Shown here: positions 27,379-37,387 of the stretch, in pieces
Numbering within the stretch: position 1 is the stretch's first letter
Layout: each line of letters opens with the position of its first letter
IMG/VR virus record: IMGVR_UViG_3300043774_000843
Direction: 5' to 3' (one strand)
DNA from: an uncultured virus (IMG/VR IMGVR_UViG_3300043774_000843)
Lineage: Duplodnaviria > Heunggongvirae > Uroviricota > Caudoviricetes
Length of the DNA: 64,000 bases
The notes under the pieces: generated by a model
The model's input: the letters and a program-made list of their open reading frames with translations, nothing else
The model's database searches: none
Told to the model about the DNA's origin: nothing
Translations under genes and position numbers: made by a program

Positions 27379-28497
27379 CTAAATGGAGCGAGGTTCTTCA
27401 ACCAACGCACAACCTAATGGTTCACGTTTGCGATTGAGAGCAATGCCCTTGCTCAAAATATTTTTTGCAGCGTTTGTGTCAGCATTACTGATATGACCGC
27501 AACATTGACACACGAACTCACTTTGACTAATTCTGTTCTTTGCATCTTTTTCTCCGCACTCGTTACAAGTTTGGCTTGTGTATTTAGGATTTACTGCAAA
27601 TACATTTGTTTTGTATTCAAGCATTTCACGAAACATTCCCCAACCACAATCAAGTATGTGTTTTGAAAGATTTTTATTCTTTGACATATTTTTTATACTC
27701 AAATCCTCTAAATAAACCATGTGGTATTTTTTAGCCAACTTGGTAGATTCTTTATGCAAAAAATCTTTCCTTACATTTGATATTGTATGATGCAACAGAC
27801 TTAGTTTCTTTACCTGCTTTTTCCAACGATTACTTCCTTTCTTTTTTCTTGACAAACTTCTATTTTCTATGCGAAGTTTTCTTTCGTGTTTAGAAAAATG
27901 TTTTGGGTTGTCAATGAAGTTATCGTTGCTGTCTGCGACAAAATGAGTTACTCCCATATCAATTCCTATAACTTGGCTCTCGTTAGGATTTGAAATATTT
28001 TTACTCACTTCATCACAGACAATGCAGATAAAAAAACCTGTGGGTTCTATTACTATTTGTGCTGTCTTTATTTTTCCTATTATTGGAGATTTACCCTTGA
28101 AAAATTTTAATTCACCAATCTTAGGAAGTTTTATTTTATTATTTTGCGTTAATTCTGCTGATTTAAAAAGTATTGATTTATAATTTTTCTTTGATTTGAA
28201 TTTTGGAAAACCACCACCTGATTTACAGGTTCTAAAAAAGTTTTTGTATGATTTATCTAGCCTTTCTAAAGAATTTTGTAGGCTTTGACTTGGCACATCT
28301 GCAACCCAATCAATATCTTTTATTTCGGTTAGCTGTTTCATTAAATCGTATGCAGAAACATTCAGTTGCTTGTTTTTATATGCTGAAATTTTAATTTCTA
28401 ATCCCATATTATAAACCAAACGACAAACACCAATCCAAGACGAAATTCTTTCCTCTTGAACCTTAGTTAGTTTTAATTTTCTTTTATAGGTTAGCAT
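27379..28497 (-). CDS. tnpB: TnpB RNA-guided endonuclease
   Basis: GIDMG, YLEDL, NADTNAA RuvC triad intact; TSQTCNECG...CQCCG zinc finger. Confidence 0.95.
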   Translation of the reverse strand: MLTYKRKLKLTKVQEERISSWIGVCRLVYNMGLEIKISAYKNKQLNVSAYDLMKQLTEIKDIDWVADVPSQSLQNSLERLDKSYKNFFRTCKSGGGFPKFKSKKNYKSILFKSAELTQNNKIKLPKIGELKFFKGKSPIIGKIKTAQIVIEPTGFFICIVCDEVSKNISNPNESQVIGIDMGVTHFVADSNDNFIDNPKHFSKHERKLRIENRSLSRKKKGSNRWKKQVKKLSLLHHTISNVRKDFLHKESTKLAKKYHMVYLEDLSIKNMSKNKNLSKHILDCGWGMFREMLEYKTNVFAVNPKYTSQTCNECGEKDAKNRISQSEFVCQCCGHISNADTNAAKNILSKGIALNRKREPLGCALVEEPRSI

Positions 28498-28554
28498 AAT
28501 TATTTTCAAAATTAATAAAAAAGGTATATATTTGCGTCGTATATAACATATTTT

Positions 28555-28953
28555 ATGAACAATAGGTGGAAATCTTCAAAACACGCAGTATATAATTGCT
28601 CTTATCATTTAATTTGGTGTCCTAAATATCGTAGGAAAGTTCTTACCGATGGTATTGATGTTAGATTAAAAGAATTGTTGTTACAGAAAGCATCAGAACA
28701 TGGTTGGGTTATTGAAAATATGGAAGTTATGCCTGACCACGTTCATATATTTATTAAAGCTACAACAAACGATTCTCCTGTTTATATTGTTAGTCAATTA
28801 AAAGGTTTTACTTCATTTACTTTAAGAAACGAGTTCCCTAAACTAAAATCAAGATTACCTACATTGTGGACACGAAGTTATTATTGCGAAACTATTGGAC
28901 ATATTTCAGAAGCTACCATAAAAAAATATATTGATGAACAAAAAAACAAATAA
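28555..28953 (+). CDS. tnpA: IS200 Y1 HUH transposase
   Basis: HLIWCPKYRRKVL, DHVHIF (HUH), LWTRSYY, YIDEQ. Confidence 0.95.
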   Translation: MNNRWKSSKHAVYNCSYHLIWCPKYRRKVLTDGIDVRLKELLLQKASEHGWVIENMEVMPDHVHIFIKATTNDSPVYIVSQLKGFTSFTLRNEFPKLKSRLPTLWTRSYYCETIGHISEATIKKYIDEQKNK

Positions 28954-29591
28954 CTGTATGTTCGCTTATATCCCCTGCCTAAAGACGAGGTGCTTTACGC
29001 TCAAAAATCGTAATTATTTAGGTAAAATTTTTAATGAATTTTTAGATAACAATTCAGATTATACTATTGATAATATCAAAAGTAAAAATAGTAGTTTAAA
29101 AAACTTTGAAAATCATAAAATTTTATCATTAGCACTAACCTTGAATAAGGTAAATAAAGAAACATCTTCAAAGATAATTGATAACTATGCAACCCTTATT
29201 GAGTATTTTAATGAGGAAGCGTTCAATTCAGAAAAAACAAAAAAACAATCTAAATCAAATGATGATTTAAGAAAGATTTTAAATAAATCAATTTCAGGTG
29301 ATGACGATTATGCTTTTTTGTCAAGAATTAAAACAAAGAGAGGCAGACCATCAAAAAAACCTGCTACAAAGATTAAAGATGTTAATAATCAAATTGTTTT
29401 TGGAGGGAAAACATTAACTTTAACTACTGAAAATATTGTTAGATTAGATGAATTAGAAAAGAAATTTGGGAAAAATTCTGCTGAATATGTTTCTTATTTA
29501 ACTGATATTTCAGACCCTAAATTTTCACAAAAAATGAACTGGGACTTGCATTTAACTACTTAAAATATATAAACCAATAAAAATAAATAAT

Positions 29592-29813
29592 ATGAATCAC
29601 TTTACAGAAAAAGAATTAGAAGATTTTAAAAAAGGGTCATTACCATTCCCTTATTTTATTTATGAAGAAGCTCCTGAAAAAGTTACCGAAGTAATGGAAG
29701 TGGTAGCTATGTCAGGAATGGCTGATAATAAAGGAATACCAACTCAAATTTCAATCTATCACCATGTAAAAGGAAAAACAACAAAAAGATTAACTTACAA
29801 ATTAAAAAAATAA
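29592..29813 (+). CDS. Hypothetical protein
   Basis: ORF with A-rich leader. Confidence 0.55.
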   Translation: MNHFTEKELEDFKKGSLPFPYFIYEEAPEKVTEVMEVVAMSGMADNKGIPTQISIYHHVKGKTTKRLTYKLKK

Positions 29814-29817
29814 ACCA

Positions 29818-30759
29818 ATGAACTTAATAAGTGAACAATTTAACGAAAAACCAAGCACAAATTACGATGTTAAAGTAATGCCTATTGAAGTATTTGAAGC
29901 AGATACAAGAGCAAATATTGATATTCAAGTTGCTACTGCAAAACGATTTCCGAGAAATATTACTAACGTGCTTAGTAATATTTTAGAATATGCTCAAATA
30001 GACAAAGAAACAGCCGAGAATTGTTTTTACGCTATAAAAAGAGATGGTAAAGTAATTCGTGGAGCAAGTATAAGATTAGCAGAACTTATTGCCAGTTGTT
30101 ATGGAAACATACGAACAAGTGCAAGAATTATTAATAATGATGGTAAAACTGTAACTGCACAAGGAATATGTTGGGATTTGCAAAATAACGTGGCTTATTC
30201 GGTTGAGGTTATAAGAAAAATAACCAATAAAGAGGGTAAAACTTTTAGCGAAGATATGCAAGTAATAACATCAAATGCAGCGTGTGCTATTGCTATGCGT
30301 AATGCTATATTTAAGTGTGTTCCTACTGCTATAACAGGTAAAGTCCAGCAAGAAATAAAAAAAGTAATGATGGGAGAGGAAAAAGATTTTACTACTATTA
30401 GAAAAAATGCAGTTGATTATTTTGAAAAACAAGGAGTTGGTGTAAAAAATATACTTGCTCTATTTGAGAAAAAATCAGTAGAAGAACTAACGAGAGATGA
30501 TGTTTTTGATTTAAGAGGTATTGCTACTGCAATTAAAGAGGGCGATACTACAATTGAACAGGCATTTTCGGTAACTCCAAAGTCAAATCCATTCGGTAAG
30601 GCATCAAAGATTTTATCTATTCCAAAAGAGGCGACTTTATCTGCGGAAGAGTTGGCTGAAAAAGGAGAAAAATACATTGAAGAAAATCAAGAAATTGTTA
30701 AAGAAGAACAGATTAAGATTGAATTACCGAAAGGCACAACCCTTGAAGGCAGAAATTAA
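29818..30759 (+). CDS. Phage recombination-module protein (putative ssDNA annealing protein)
   Basis: IDIQVATAKRFPRN, GASIRLAE, ACAIAMRNAIF; replication/recombination context. Confidence 0.5.
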   Translation: MNLISEQFNEKPSTNYDVKVMPIEVFEADTRANIDIQVATAKRFPRNITNVLSNILEYAQIDKETAENCFYAIKRDGKVIRGASIRLAELIASCYGNIRTSARIINNDGKTVTAQGICWDLQNNVAYSVEVIRKITNKEGKTFSEDMQVITSNAACAIAMRNAIFKCVPTAITGKVQQEIKKVMMGEEKDFTTIRKNAVDYFEKQGVGVKNILALFEKKSVEELTRDDVFDLRGIATAIKEGDTTIEQAFSVTPKSNPFGKASKILSIPKEATLSAEELAEKGEKYIEENQEIVKEEQIKIELPKGTTLEGRN

Positions 30760-31019
30760 ATGATAATACCAAATAATGATTTTCTTTCTGAAAATAAATT
30801 TGAATATGAAGAATATAATAAATTAACGCCTTACCAAAAAAAATGCTTGTCTGCCACAAATTATTGGCGATTAATTAATGGCTTGAAGGCGATTGATGTC
30901 CCATCGGAAGATTATGAGTATTACAATTACTTTAATAAAAAATGTTTGAAAAATGTTAAAAGATAATTCATTACTTATTAATATCATAAATACCGATAAC
31001 GAACCAAATATAATATGAT

Positions 31020-31523
31020 ATGAAAGCAAATCCTTTTCAAAAATACCTAACTCAAGAAGATAATGAACACATTAGGGTAGTTAATTATATAAAAGATAAA
31101 CTACCCGATGTCGTTGCTTTTCATATTCCAAATGAATCAAAAAAATCTCCTTTTGAAAGATACAAGCATAGTTTAATGGGTGCTTTAAAAGGTTGCCCTG
31201 ACTTTGCCTTTATGTTTCCTAAATACAAATCTTTAGATTCAAAAGAAATACTTTATCATGGATTGTTTATCGAATTAAAAGCTCCCGAACATAGTAAAGT
31301 TGTTTTGAAAGGCAAAGATGCAGGTAAATTAGTTAAAAGAAAAGGCAAGTTAAGTCCTGAACAAAAGGAAGTTTTGGATAAACTGACTAACATAGGTTAC
31401 TATGCAGTTTGTTGTTTTGGTTCGGAGGATGCAATAAAAGTAATTAATGAATACTTTGCTGAATACTTAGAGTTGAAAAAAAAATTAAGGTTAAAAGAAA
31501 TATTTAAAAATAAAATTGACTAA
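31020..31523 (+). CDS. VRR-NUC nuclease (Holliday junction resolvase-like)
   Basis: HIPNE, GCPDF, FIELK, LSPEQK. Confidence 0.85.
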   Translation: MKANPFQKYLTQEDNEHIRVVNYIKDKLPDVVAFHIPNESKKSPFERYKHSLMGALKGCPDFAFMFPKYKSLDSKEILYHGLFIELKAPEHSKVVLKGKDAGKLVKRKGKLSPEQKEVLDKLTNIGYYAVCCFGSEDAIKVINEYFAEYLELKKKLRLKEIFKNKID

Positions 31524-31824
31524 TATTGCTGAAACAAAAATGGAAATTTTAAGATTAAACCACGACCAAGTTCCCGAAGAATATTTTGTTATTCGAGTAG
31601 ATAATTTATACCAATACCTACATTTTGAAAATAATAGTTTCTTTTTTAAAGAAAGATTTCATGGCTGTTTTGTTACTTCAAATGAAATAGCTGATGAAAT
31701 AATCAATCACATAAAAGATATTTCAGAAAGTAAACCGAAAATAAAAAAAGTGAAATTTAACAATGCTTATAAAAAGCATGGTGTTTTAGAGAAACAAGTT
31801 TTTTACAATTAAAATTTATTTAAA

Positions 31825-32535
31825 ATGATTAGAGTAACTAAACCCGAAAAGTGGAAAGATACCTTTTTCCTTAATTTGAAACCTATTGAGAAATTAGTTT
31901 TCATTTACATTTACGAAAACTGCGATGATGCAGGATTCTTTGATATTAACTTTAGTAGAATGACAACTGATATAGGTATTGATAACAAAACTATATCTGA
32001 ATCATTAAACAAGTTAGATAAAACATACTTAACCAGTATTGATGCTGATAGGATTTGGTTAAAGAAATTTTTATTACACCAAAATAGACTGCCATTAGAT
32101 TTATCTTCGACAGAAGGTAACTTTATAAAGTTTCAAATTGAAAGTAATATCATTAAATTCAATAATCCAAAAGATTTTCAAGATATTCTAAAAAACATTA
32201 AAAAGAAAACAACAAGAGCTAAATCAGAATTTATAAAACCATCTGTTGAACAAATTGTAGAAAGTTTTAGAACAGGCGAATGGTCGTTTGTTCCTGAACA
32301 TGAGATTGTTTCTATTTATGATTATTACGAAAGTGTTGGCTGGAAAGTAGGAAGAAAACCTATGGCTGATTGGAAAAAAGCATTTATAGGTTGTTTTAGG
32401 AGAGGTATGAGTAAAAATAAATACAAACAAACTGATTACAAGTCAGCTCCAAGCAAAATGGATATGATTATTAAAGGAAATGAAAAGATTAATGGATTTG
32501 ACTTCAATACCTTATTGCAAAAGGAAAAGCCCTAA
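31825..32535 (+). CDS. Phage replication initiator-like protein
   Basis: N-terminal wHTH-like W.D.FF..L...EKL; C-terminal DYYESVGWKVGRKPMADWK. Confidence 0.7.
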   Translation: MIRVTKPEKWKDTFFLNLKPIEKLVFIYIYENCDDAGFFDINFSRMTTDIGIDNKTISESLNKLDKTYLTSIDADRIWLKKFLLHQNRLPLDLSSTEGNFIKFQIESNIIKFNNPKDFQDILKNIKKKTTRAKSEFIKPSVEQIVESFRTGEWSFVPEHEIVSIYDYYESVGWKVGRKPMADWKKAFIGCFRRGMSKNKYKQTDYKSAPSKMDMIIKGNEKINGFDFNTLLQKEKP

Positions 32536-32598
32536 ATTAATAGGGCTAATCTGAATAAAAATACAAACTAATTGAAACATGAAAATCGTTGCTAATTT

Positions 32599-33501
32599 AT
32601 GGAAAACAATCAAATAATCCAAACAGGAAACACAAATATTCAAATAAAAACTTTAGATAATACTTTAGTTTATGGAGATTTAACATTAAACGACATTAAG
32701 AATAGTTCAATTTCAAAAGCTAACAAGGAAATTATTATATCTAAGTTTGGAGAAAAACAAATAAAACATTTAGACCCAAACTATGCAGGAGAGAAATTAA
32801 AAACTGCTATTAACCTTACAATATTTGAATCAGGATTTAAAGTAGATAATATTTCTGAACTTATACTAATGATTATTAAAGATATATTTACAGATTTCAG
32901 TCATCTTACTATTTCGGAGTGTGGTATAGCTTTTAGGAATGGAGTAAGAGGTTTGTTAGGTGATTTTATGGGTTTATCGGTTAGGACTTTTTACAATTGG
33001 TTAATTACATATAATGAAACAATAAAAGCCGAAGCGATAAAGCAACTTCAATATATCAGAAAAGAGAAAGTAATAACCGATGAGGATAAAGAAAGGATAA
33101 AATGGGAATGGTTAAATACTTTTATTCAAGATTTTGAATTATATAAAAAAGAAGGAGTTATTGAGCAATTAGATTTCAATAATGGTTTTTATGAATATTG
33201 CGTAAAAACTGGAATAGGATATTTGACTATTAAAGAAAAACTTGAAATTAAAGAGTTAGCTAAAAAAAGAATATTAAGTGCTAATAATATTTTAAACGCA
33301 AAAAATTCAGATGAAAGGAAATCTTTTAAATCAATAGTAAGTTCGATAGCCAATAATACATATAATAAAACTGCTGAAATTCAAATTGTTTCAGAATCTA
33401 AAAGAATTGCTCTTAAAATAATTTACGATAAATTAATTGAAAAGGAAATTGATTTACGAAAAGCTGTAATTGAATACGAAGAAAAAGAAAAGGCGAATTA
33501 A
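32599..33501 (+). CDS. Hypothetical protein following the initiator (possible helicase loader/partner)
   Basis: Gene order; LTISECGIAFRNG...FYNWL. Confidence 0.45.
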   Translation: MENNQIIQTGNTNIQIKTLDNTLVYGDLTLNDIKNSSISKANKEIIISKFGEKQIKHLDPNYAGEKLKTAINLTIFESGFKVDNISELILMIIKDIFTDFSHLTISECGIAFRNGVRGLLGDFMGLSVRTFYNWLITYNETIKAEAIKQLQYIRKEKVITDEDKERIKWEWLNTFIQDFELYKKEGVIEQLDFNNGFYEYCVKTGIGYLTIKEKLEIKELAKKRILSANNILNAKNSDERKSFKSIVSSIANNTYNKTAEIQIVSESKRIALKIIYDKLIEKEIDLRKAVIEYEEKEKAN

Positions 33502-33520
33502 TTTCGCCTTATTTTTTTTT
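33490..33520. terminator. Bidirectional terminator at the convergence of the two gene blocks
   Basis: AAGGCGAA-TTAAT-TTCGCCTT with an A-rich run on the left and a T-run on the right; overlaps both stop codons. Confidence 0.75.
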
Positions 33521-33838
33521 GTTACTTAATCCTTTCCAAAATTTGCACCAAGCATCGTAATCTACATCACCTCTTACCCAAGAGCAAATACCTGCTTTTC
33601 TCAAAGGCTGAACATAATAATATTTACAATTACCACAAAATACATTAGGGTATGGAGTTGGGTCTGCATACTTTGAATCTTTTTTACTCATTTTGTAAGG
33701 TGGAGTTCCTTTGCCATATCCTAACACAAACCATAAAAAAGGATTTTTACTCATATATTCCTCTCCCATTTTTCTGTAAGCATCCCAAGCTGTTTTAATC
33801 CATTCGGGAGCGTTTTTTAAAGCATCTGTATAATCCAT
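33509..33838 (-). CDS. HiPIP-like (high-potential iron-sulfur) domain protein
   Basis: Y...CGNCKYY...C..V.G.V...AWCKFW four-Cys spacing. Confidence 0.65.
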   Translation of the reverse strand: MDYTDALKNAPEWIKTAWDAYRKMGEEYMSKNPFLWFVLGYGKGTPPYKMSKKDSKYADPTPYPNVFCGNCKYYYVQPLRKAGICSWVRGDVDYDAWCKFWKGLSNKKK

Positions 33839-33849
33839 TTTATTTTATT

Positions 33850-34026
33850 TTATTTTATTTTATTTTTTTCTATTTCGTTTTTTAAATGTTTTCTTTGTTT
33901 CATTGTTAAATCAATCAATAGCAAAGTTGATACAATTGTTAAAACAATAGATGCTATTGCTAAACCTCTTTCCCCTTTAAATCCTTGACCAGTGTAGCTT
34001 TGTGTTGGTATTCTGTTAATTGTCAT
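33850..34026 (-). CDS. 58-aa single-TM protein
   Basis: Hand translation MTINRIP...GLAIASIVLTIVSTLLLI... Confidence 0.5.
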   Translation of the reverse strand: MTINRIPTQSYTGQGFKGERGLAIASIVLTIVSTLLLIDLTMKQRKHLKNEIEKNKIK

Positions 34027-34030
34027 TTTT

Positions 34031-34696
34031 TTATTTTTTATTTATTACTTGCGAACCGATATATCCTGCTCCCACTCCTATTGCAAAATTAGCCCACATT
34101 TTCTCATACCATTTTTTCTTTGGCTCATATACATATCCACTTATGTTAGAAGTAACAATGTATGGATTTGAGTTATTTACATCAACAACTAATTTAGTTT
34201 TTAATTTTAAAAAACCCTCTCTCTTTTCTCCAATAACAATTTTTGATTCATTAGGTATTTTTAAACTATCTATTGTTAAACCAGTATTTGAAACTTTAGT
34301 ATAAAATTGAAAATCTTTATTAATCTTATTTGCTGAAAACGGTTTAAAGTCGCAAGGTATAATTCTATCAAATGGAACTACTATTTCTTTTATTATTGTA
34401 GTTTCTCTTAAAGTTACCGCACCATTAATTACTTTAAATTGTTTAATCCAATCCATTAATGTATCATTTGTTGCAAGTAAAGTTCTCATTTGTTTTTGAG
34501 AACTCAATGTTAAAGCTCTGTTTGTACTTATTTCAATTCCAAGTTTTGTTTTATAAACTTGCGCTTCTGTTTTATAATTTGAAATATCATCAATCAAATC
34601 ATCTACCTTTTTTTGATTACAACCCTCTCTGAATAATAAAACTATAAGAATTATTATTATAAAAAAAGAATATATTTTATTTAAGTCAAATCTCAT
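34031..34696 (-). CDS. Membrane-anchored coiled-coil protein in lysis module (spanin-like)
   Basis: N-terminal TM; C-terminal KKWY...GVGAGY. Confidence 0.5.
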   Translation of the reverse strand: MRFDLNKIYSFFIIIILIVLLFREGCNQKKVDDLIDDISNYKTEAQVYKTKLGIEISTNRALTLSSQKQMRTLLATNDTLMDWIKQFKVINGAVTLRETTIIKEIVVPFDRIIPCDFKPFSANKINKDFQFYTKVSNTGLTIDSLKIPNESKIVIGEKREGFLKLKTKLVVDVNNSNPYIVTSNISGYVYEPKKKWYEKMWANFAIGVGAGYIGSQVINKK

Positions 34697-34697
34697 T

Positions 34698-35015
34698 TCA
34701 ATTATTTTTAACTCTACTTGCGTACATATTCATTAATGACTTGAACAAACTTTGAGTTTGATAACCTGCTAAAACAGCAGTAGCTTTATTTATAGGAAAT
34801 ATGTCTTTTAAACTGCTATCTGTTAATACAACTAAAATAACAGGTATCATAATTAAACTTGCAACTATTGTATATATGTTCTTTTTAACATGACTTTTTA
34901 GTTTAAAGTCGGGAGTTTGATTTAAGTCAGCAACCTTTAATAGAATGTGAATAGCCATTCCTGCGTAAGCAAGTAACCAATGTATTAAGTCTATTCCTAA
35001 AAAAATTTTGTCCAT
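34698..35015 (-). CDS. Holin-like multi-TM protein
   Basis: 2-3 TM segments, near the endolysin. Confidence 0.55.
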   Translation of the reverse strand: MDKIFLGIDLIHWLLAYAGMAIHILLKVADLNQTPDFKLKSHVKKNIYTIVASLIMIPVILVVLTDSSLKDIFPINKATAVLAGYQTQSLFKSLMNMYASRVKNN

Positions 35016-35020
35016 TTTGT

Positions 35021-35257
35021 TTATTTGTTTTGTTTTATAATATAAGGGGGATATATTCTAACTATACCACCATCACTATTTTTATAACATAAAGTATCAC
35101 TATCAAAACTTATACTATCCGTATTCCAAATAGCATATTTCAAACCAACTTTTGTATCAACCCAACCTGAAATTTGATATTTATAATCTCTTTCTTTACA
35201 AAAGTTTAATGTCAAAGTTAAAAAACAAAGCGTTAGTATTTTAATTAAATTATACAC
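35021..35257 (-). CDS. Small lipoprotein-like protein
   Basis: Signal peptide ending LNFC. Confidence 0.5.
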   Translation of the reverse strand: MYNLIKILTLCFLTLTLNFCKERDYKYQISGWVDTKVGLKYAIWNTDSISFDSDTLCYKNSDGGIVRIYPPYIIKQNK

Positions 35258-35258
35258 T

Positions 35259-35876
35259 TCAAGATATTAGTAAAGAATAATATTTTTTAGTGAGAGTAAT
35301 GCGTTCAGCAAGTCCGTTCACTCCTCCATTAATCTTTTTAGTTACTGCCGTAATTGTTGCATCATCAATTCCTTTATCACAAATACTCCATAAACCATTT
35401 TTATCAAAAAAGTACAATGCAGATTCAAAAGCATATTCAGTTGCAACTAAATCAGGATTGGATATAATTTCAGGCTTGTTTAAAAACTTTGAAAATGCTT
35501 CAAAATTTGATTTCCCAGTAAGCTGCAATGCTCCTCTACCTCTAAATTTGAAACCTTCTCCACTTGCTTCATCTCCATTACCCATACGATTTCCATAAAC
35601 TCTATTGGCAATTTTTTCAGGTTTACGTTCATATAATTTTGATTCTTCTAATGTTTTAAAATATTTTGGGAACACTTTTAAAAGTCCATCTGCTGAATAA
35701 TTTAAGTTTTCCGAGAAAACTTTGAAATGACCAGTTTCGTGAGAAGTCTGTCCAAAAAAATGCGCTGACCTTATTGGCGACATTTTATAAAAATTCATTG
35801 CTGCTTTTAGAGTTCCTCCTCCAAAAATACCATCGGCAGTCGTGCCTATTTTTGATTGTAAACTTTTTAAACTCAT
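35259..35876 (-). CDS. GH19 (chitinase-like) endolysin with short PG-binding N-terminus
   Basis: ADGIFG, HFFGQTSHET, ENLNYS, RGRGALQLTG, INGG.NGL..R. Confidence 0.9.
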   Translation of the reverse strand: MSLKSLQSKIGTTADGIFGGGTLKAAMNFYKMSPIRSAHFFGQTSHETGHFKVFSENLNYSADGLLKVFPKYFKTLEESKLYERKPEKIANRVYGNRMGNGDEASGEGFKFRGRGALQLTGKSNFEAFSKFLNKPEIISNPDLVATEYAFESALYFFDKNGLWSICDKGIDDATITAVTKKINGGVNGLAERITLTKKYYSLLIS

Positions 35877-36565
35877 TTTTTCTCGTTTTTAATTACAACA
35901 AAATACTTTGGTGCTTTTGCTAAATCTATTTTACCATCAGAAGTTAAAGGAACTTTTGTCATTGTAACAGAATTTCCTACATTACCTCCTATTGTTTCCG
36001 CTATACCATTCTTAATTCCAACAACAATATCGGTATGAGAACTAAAAGAACCTGTCGTATCATAATTAACTCCACTTTGTCTTGCAAAACCAACTAAATC
36101 CCCAACTTGTAATTTTACTTCATTAGGCTTATATCCTTTGAATGGTTTATCATTATTTAATTTTCTATTCTTAATACTATCAACAATATAAGTTGAATGA
36201 GATGGCGAATATTTCCAATCGCTACCTGCACCCGATTTTTTCATAAGATAAGAAATGAAAGCTGCACTCCACGCTTCATCAGTCATTTGTCTATCAGACC
36301 AATTTTTTACTCCTGCACCCTCTCTCCAATATTCTCTTAATCTTTCCATTGTTGATGGGTCGCCCTCTTTTATTTGACCATTTTTCCAATAGTTCCATTC
36401 TGAAATGGCTGTATCTTTTAGTTTATTTACAAAATCTGAAATCATTTGATAGCCCTCCGATAATTTACTTTTAATTGATTTTCTATATATAACAATTAAT
36501 GTTATGGCTGTTATGCCTAACATTCCTGCTATAATCCATTTTTCTTTATTTGTTAGTGCCTTCAT
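35873..36565 (-). CDS. DUF2272-like cell-wall amidase with N-terminal TM
   Basis: AWSAAFISY, SHSTYI, GDLV, SHTDIVV, IGGNV. Confidence 0.8.
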   Translation of the reverse strand: MKALTNKEKWIIAGMLGITAITLIVIYRKSIKSKLSEGYQMISDFVNKLKDTAISEWNYWKNGQIKEGDPSTMERLREYWREGAGVKNWSDRQMTDEAWSAAFISYLMKKSGAGSDWKYSPSHSTYIVDSIKNRKLNNDKPFKGYKPNEVKLQVGDLVGFARQSGVNYDTTGSFSSHTDIVVGIKNGIAETIGGNVGNSVTMTKVPLTSDGKIDLAKAPKYFVVIKNEKK

Positions 36566-36785
36566 TTAGTTTTTTTGTTTCTAAATAGTTCTTTGCGTTA
36601 TAATACAACGTGCAACCACCAATAACAACAAGTGATAAACTTAACCATTTAGGTAAAACTTTTCTATATTGTATTCCTCCATATATTAAAATCGGTGCAA
36701 TAACGTAAACATCAATAAGTCGTATTGTTTGACTTTTTTGACATTCTTTTGCACTTGTTTGTATTTGTTCTTTAATTTCCATCAT
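36546..36785 (-). CDS. Two-TM membrane protein
   Basis: KSQTIRLIDV, two hydrophobic segments. Confidence 0.6.
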   Translation of the reverse strand: MMEIKEQIQTSAKECQKSQTIRLIDVYVIAPILIYGGIQYRKVLPKWLSLSLVVIGGCTLYYNAKNYLETKKLNEGTNK

Positions 36786-37387
36786 AAAGTATTATCAATG
36801 CTCTTTCCTATTTCTTTATAAATTGGCAAATTTGAATGTGGGTCTTTTACTGAACCGATTGCAGGATTTATAATTTTAACTCCCTCGTTTTCAAATTTTT
36901 TATAATAGGTATTAACTTTTGTTTCAGTTACATCTTTGTTTCCTCCCCAACCCCAAGAACCTTTTACTACAAAAAGTTTTGCATTAGGAAAAACTCTTTT
37001 TAATTCATTAACTAAGCCATCAATATCTTCGTTAGCATTAAAACCACCATTTGTTCCTATGTTAATTACAACATTTTTAATGTCTTTTGTGATTGGATAT
37101 TTAGATACAGCATCTTTTAACCATCTCAAACCCATGCCACCTTTCCACAAAACATTTTCTCCACCAACACTCCCAAGCATTTGAACTTTACTTGATTCTT
37201 TTTTTATGAATGGTGTTTGGCTATCTCCAATTATAATACTTCTTCCGCTAACTAATTCATCTTTATTTTCTTCTTTATAAGTTATTGATTTATCTTTCGT
37301 TACAAAATAATAGATTGCACCTCCAATAACTAAAATTGATGCGCCTATACCTAAACCTATTAATAATTGTTTAGTATTATCTTTCAT
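36782..37387 (-). CDS. SGNH/GDSL-like esterase with N-terminal TM
   Basis: IIGDSQ (block I), IGTNG (block III), DPH. Confidence 0.65.
   Translation of the reverse strand: MKDNTKQLLIGLGIGASILVIGGAIYYFVTKDKSITYKEENKDELVSGRSIIIGDSQTPFIKKESSKVQMLGSVGGENVLWKGGMGLRWLKDAVSKYPITKDIKNVVINIGTNGGFNANEDIDGLVNELKRVFPNAKLFVVKGSWGWGGNKDVTETKVNTYYKKFENEGVKIINPAIGSVKDPHSNLPIYKEIGKSIDNTL

Larger units (their letters stand above)
27363..29010. mobile_element. IS200/IS605-family element with divergent tnpA and tnpB
   Basis: Subterminal hairpins CTCGCCCCTAAATGGAGCGAG (27372-27392) and CCTGCCTAAAGACGAGG (~28974-28990); no target duplication; ends uncertain by a few nt. Confidence 0.9.
27262..29563 (+). pseudogene. 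Ribbon-helix-helix DNA-binding protein gene split by IS605
   Basis: MIQKSKQSTLAFRVSNKLKKQVESKCKSQGINVT (27262-27363) continues naturally as (N)YLGKIFNEFLD from about 29012; AT-hook-like KRGRP later. Confidence 0.7.

Noticed and set aside
28555..28953. TnpA as the cassette recombinase (REP/RAYT-like)
   Set aside because: It is a typical IS200 TnpA inside a discrete, apparently recent insertion whose end hairpins do not resemble the cassette hairpins. Not formally excluded.
28931..29563. Independent 210-aa gene as given in the ORF track
   Set aside because: The first ~27 codons come from the IS end; the remainder is the 3' part of the interrupted RHH gene.
33838..33868. (TTTTA)n run as a phase-variable repeat
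   Set aside because: It is short and corresponds to an A-rich leader and Lys/Ile codons on the minus strand; expected in AT-rich DNA.
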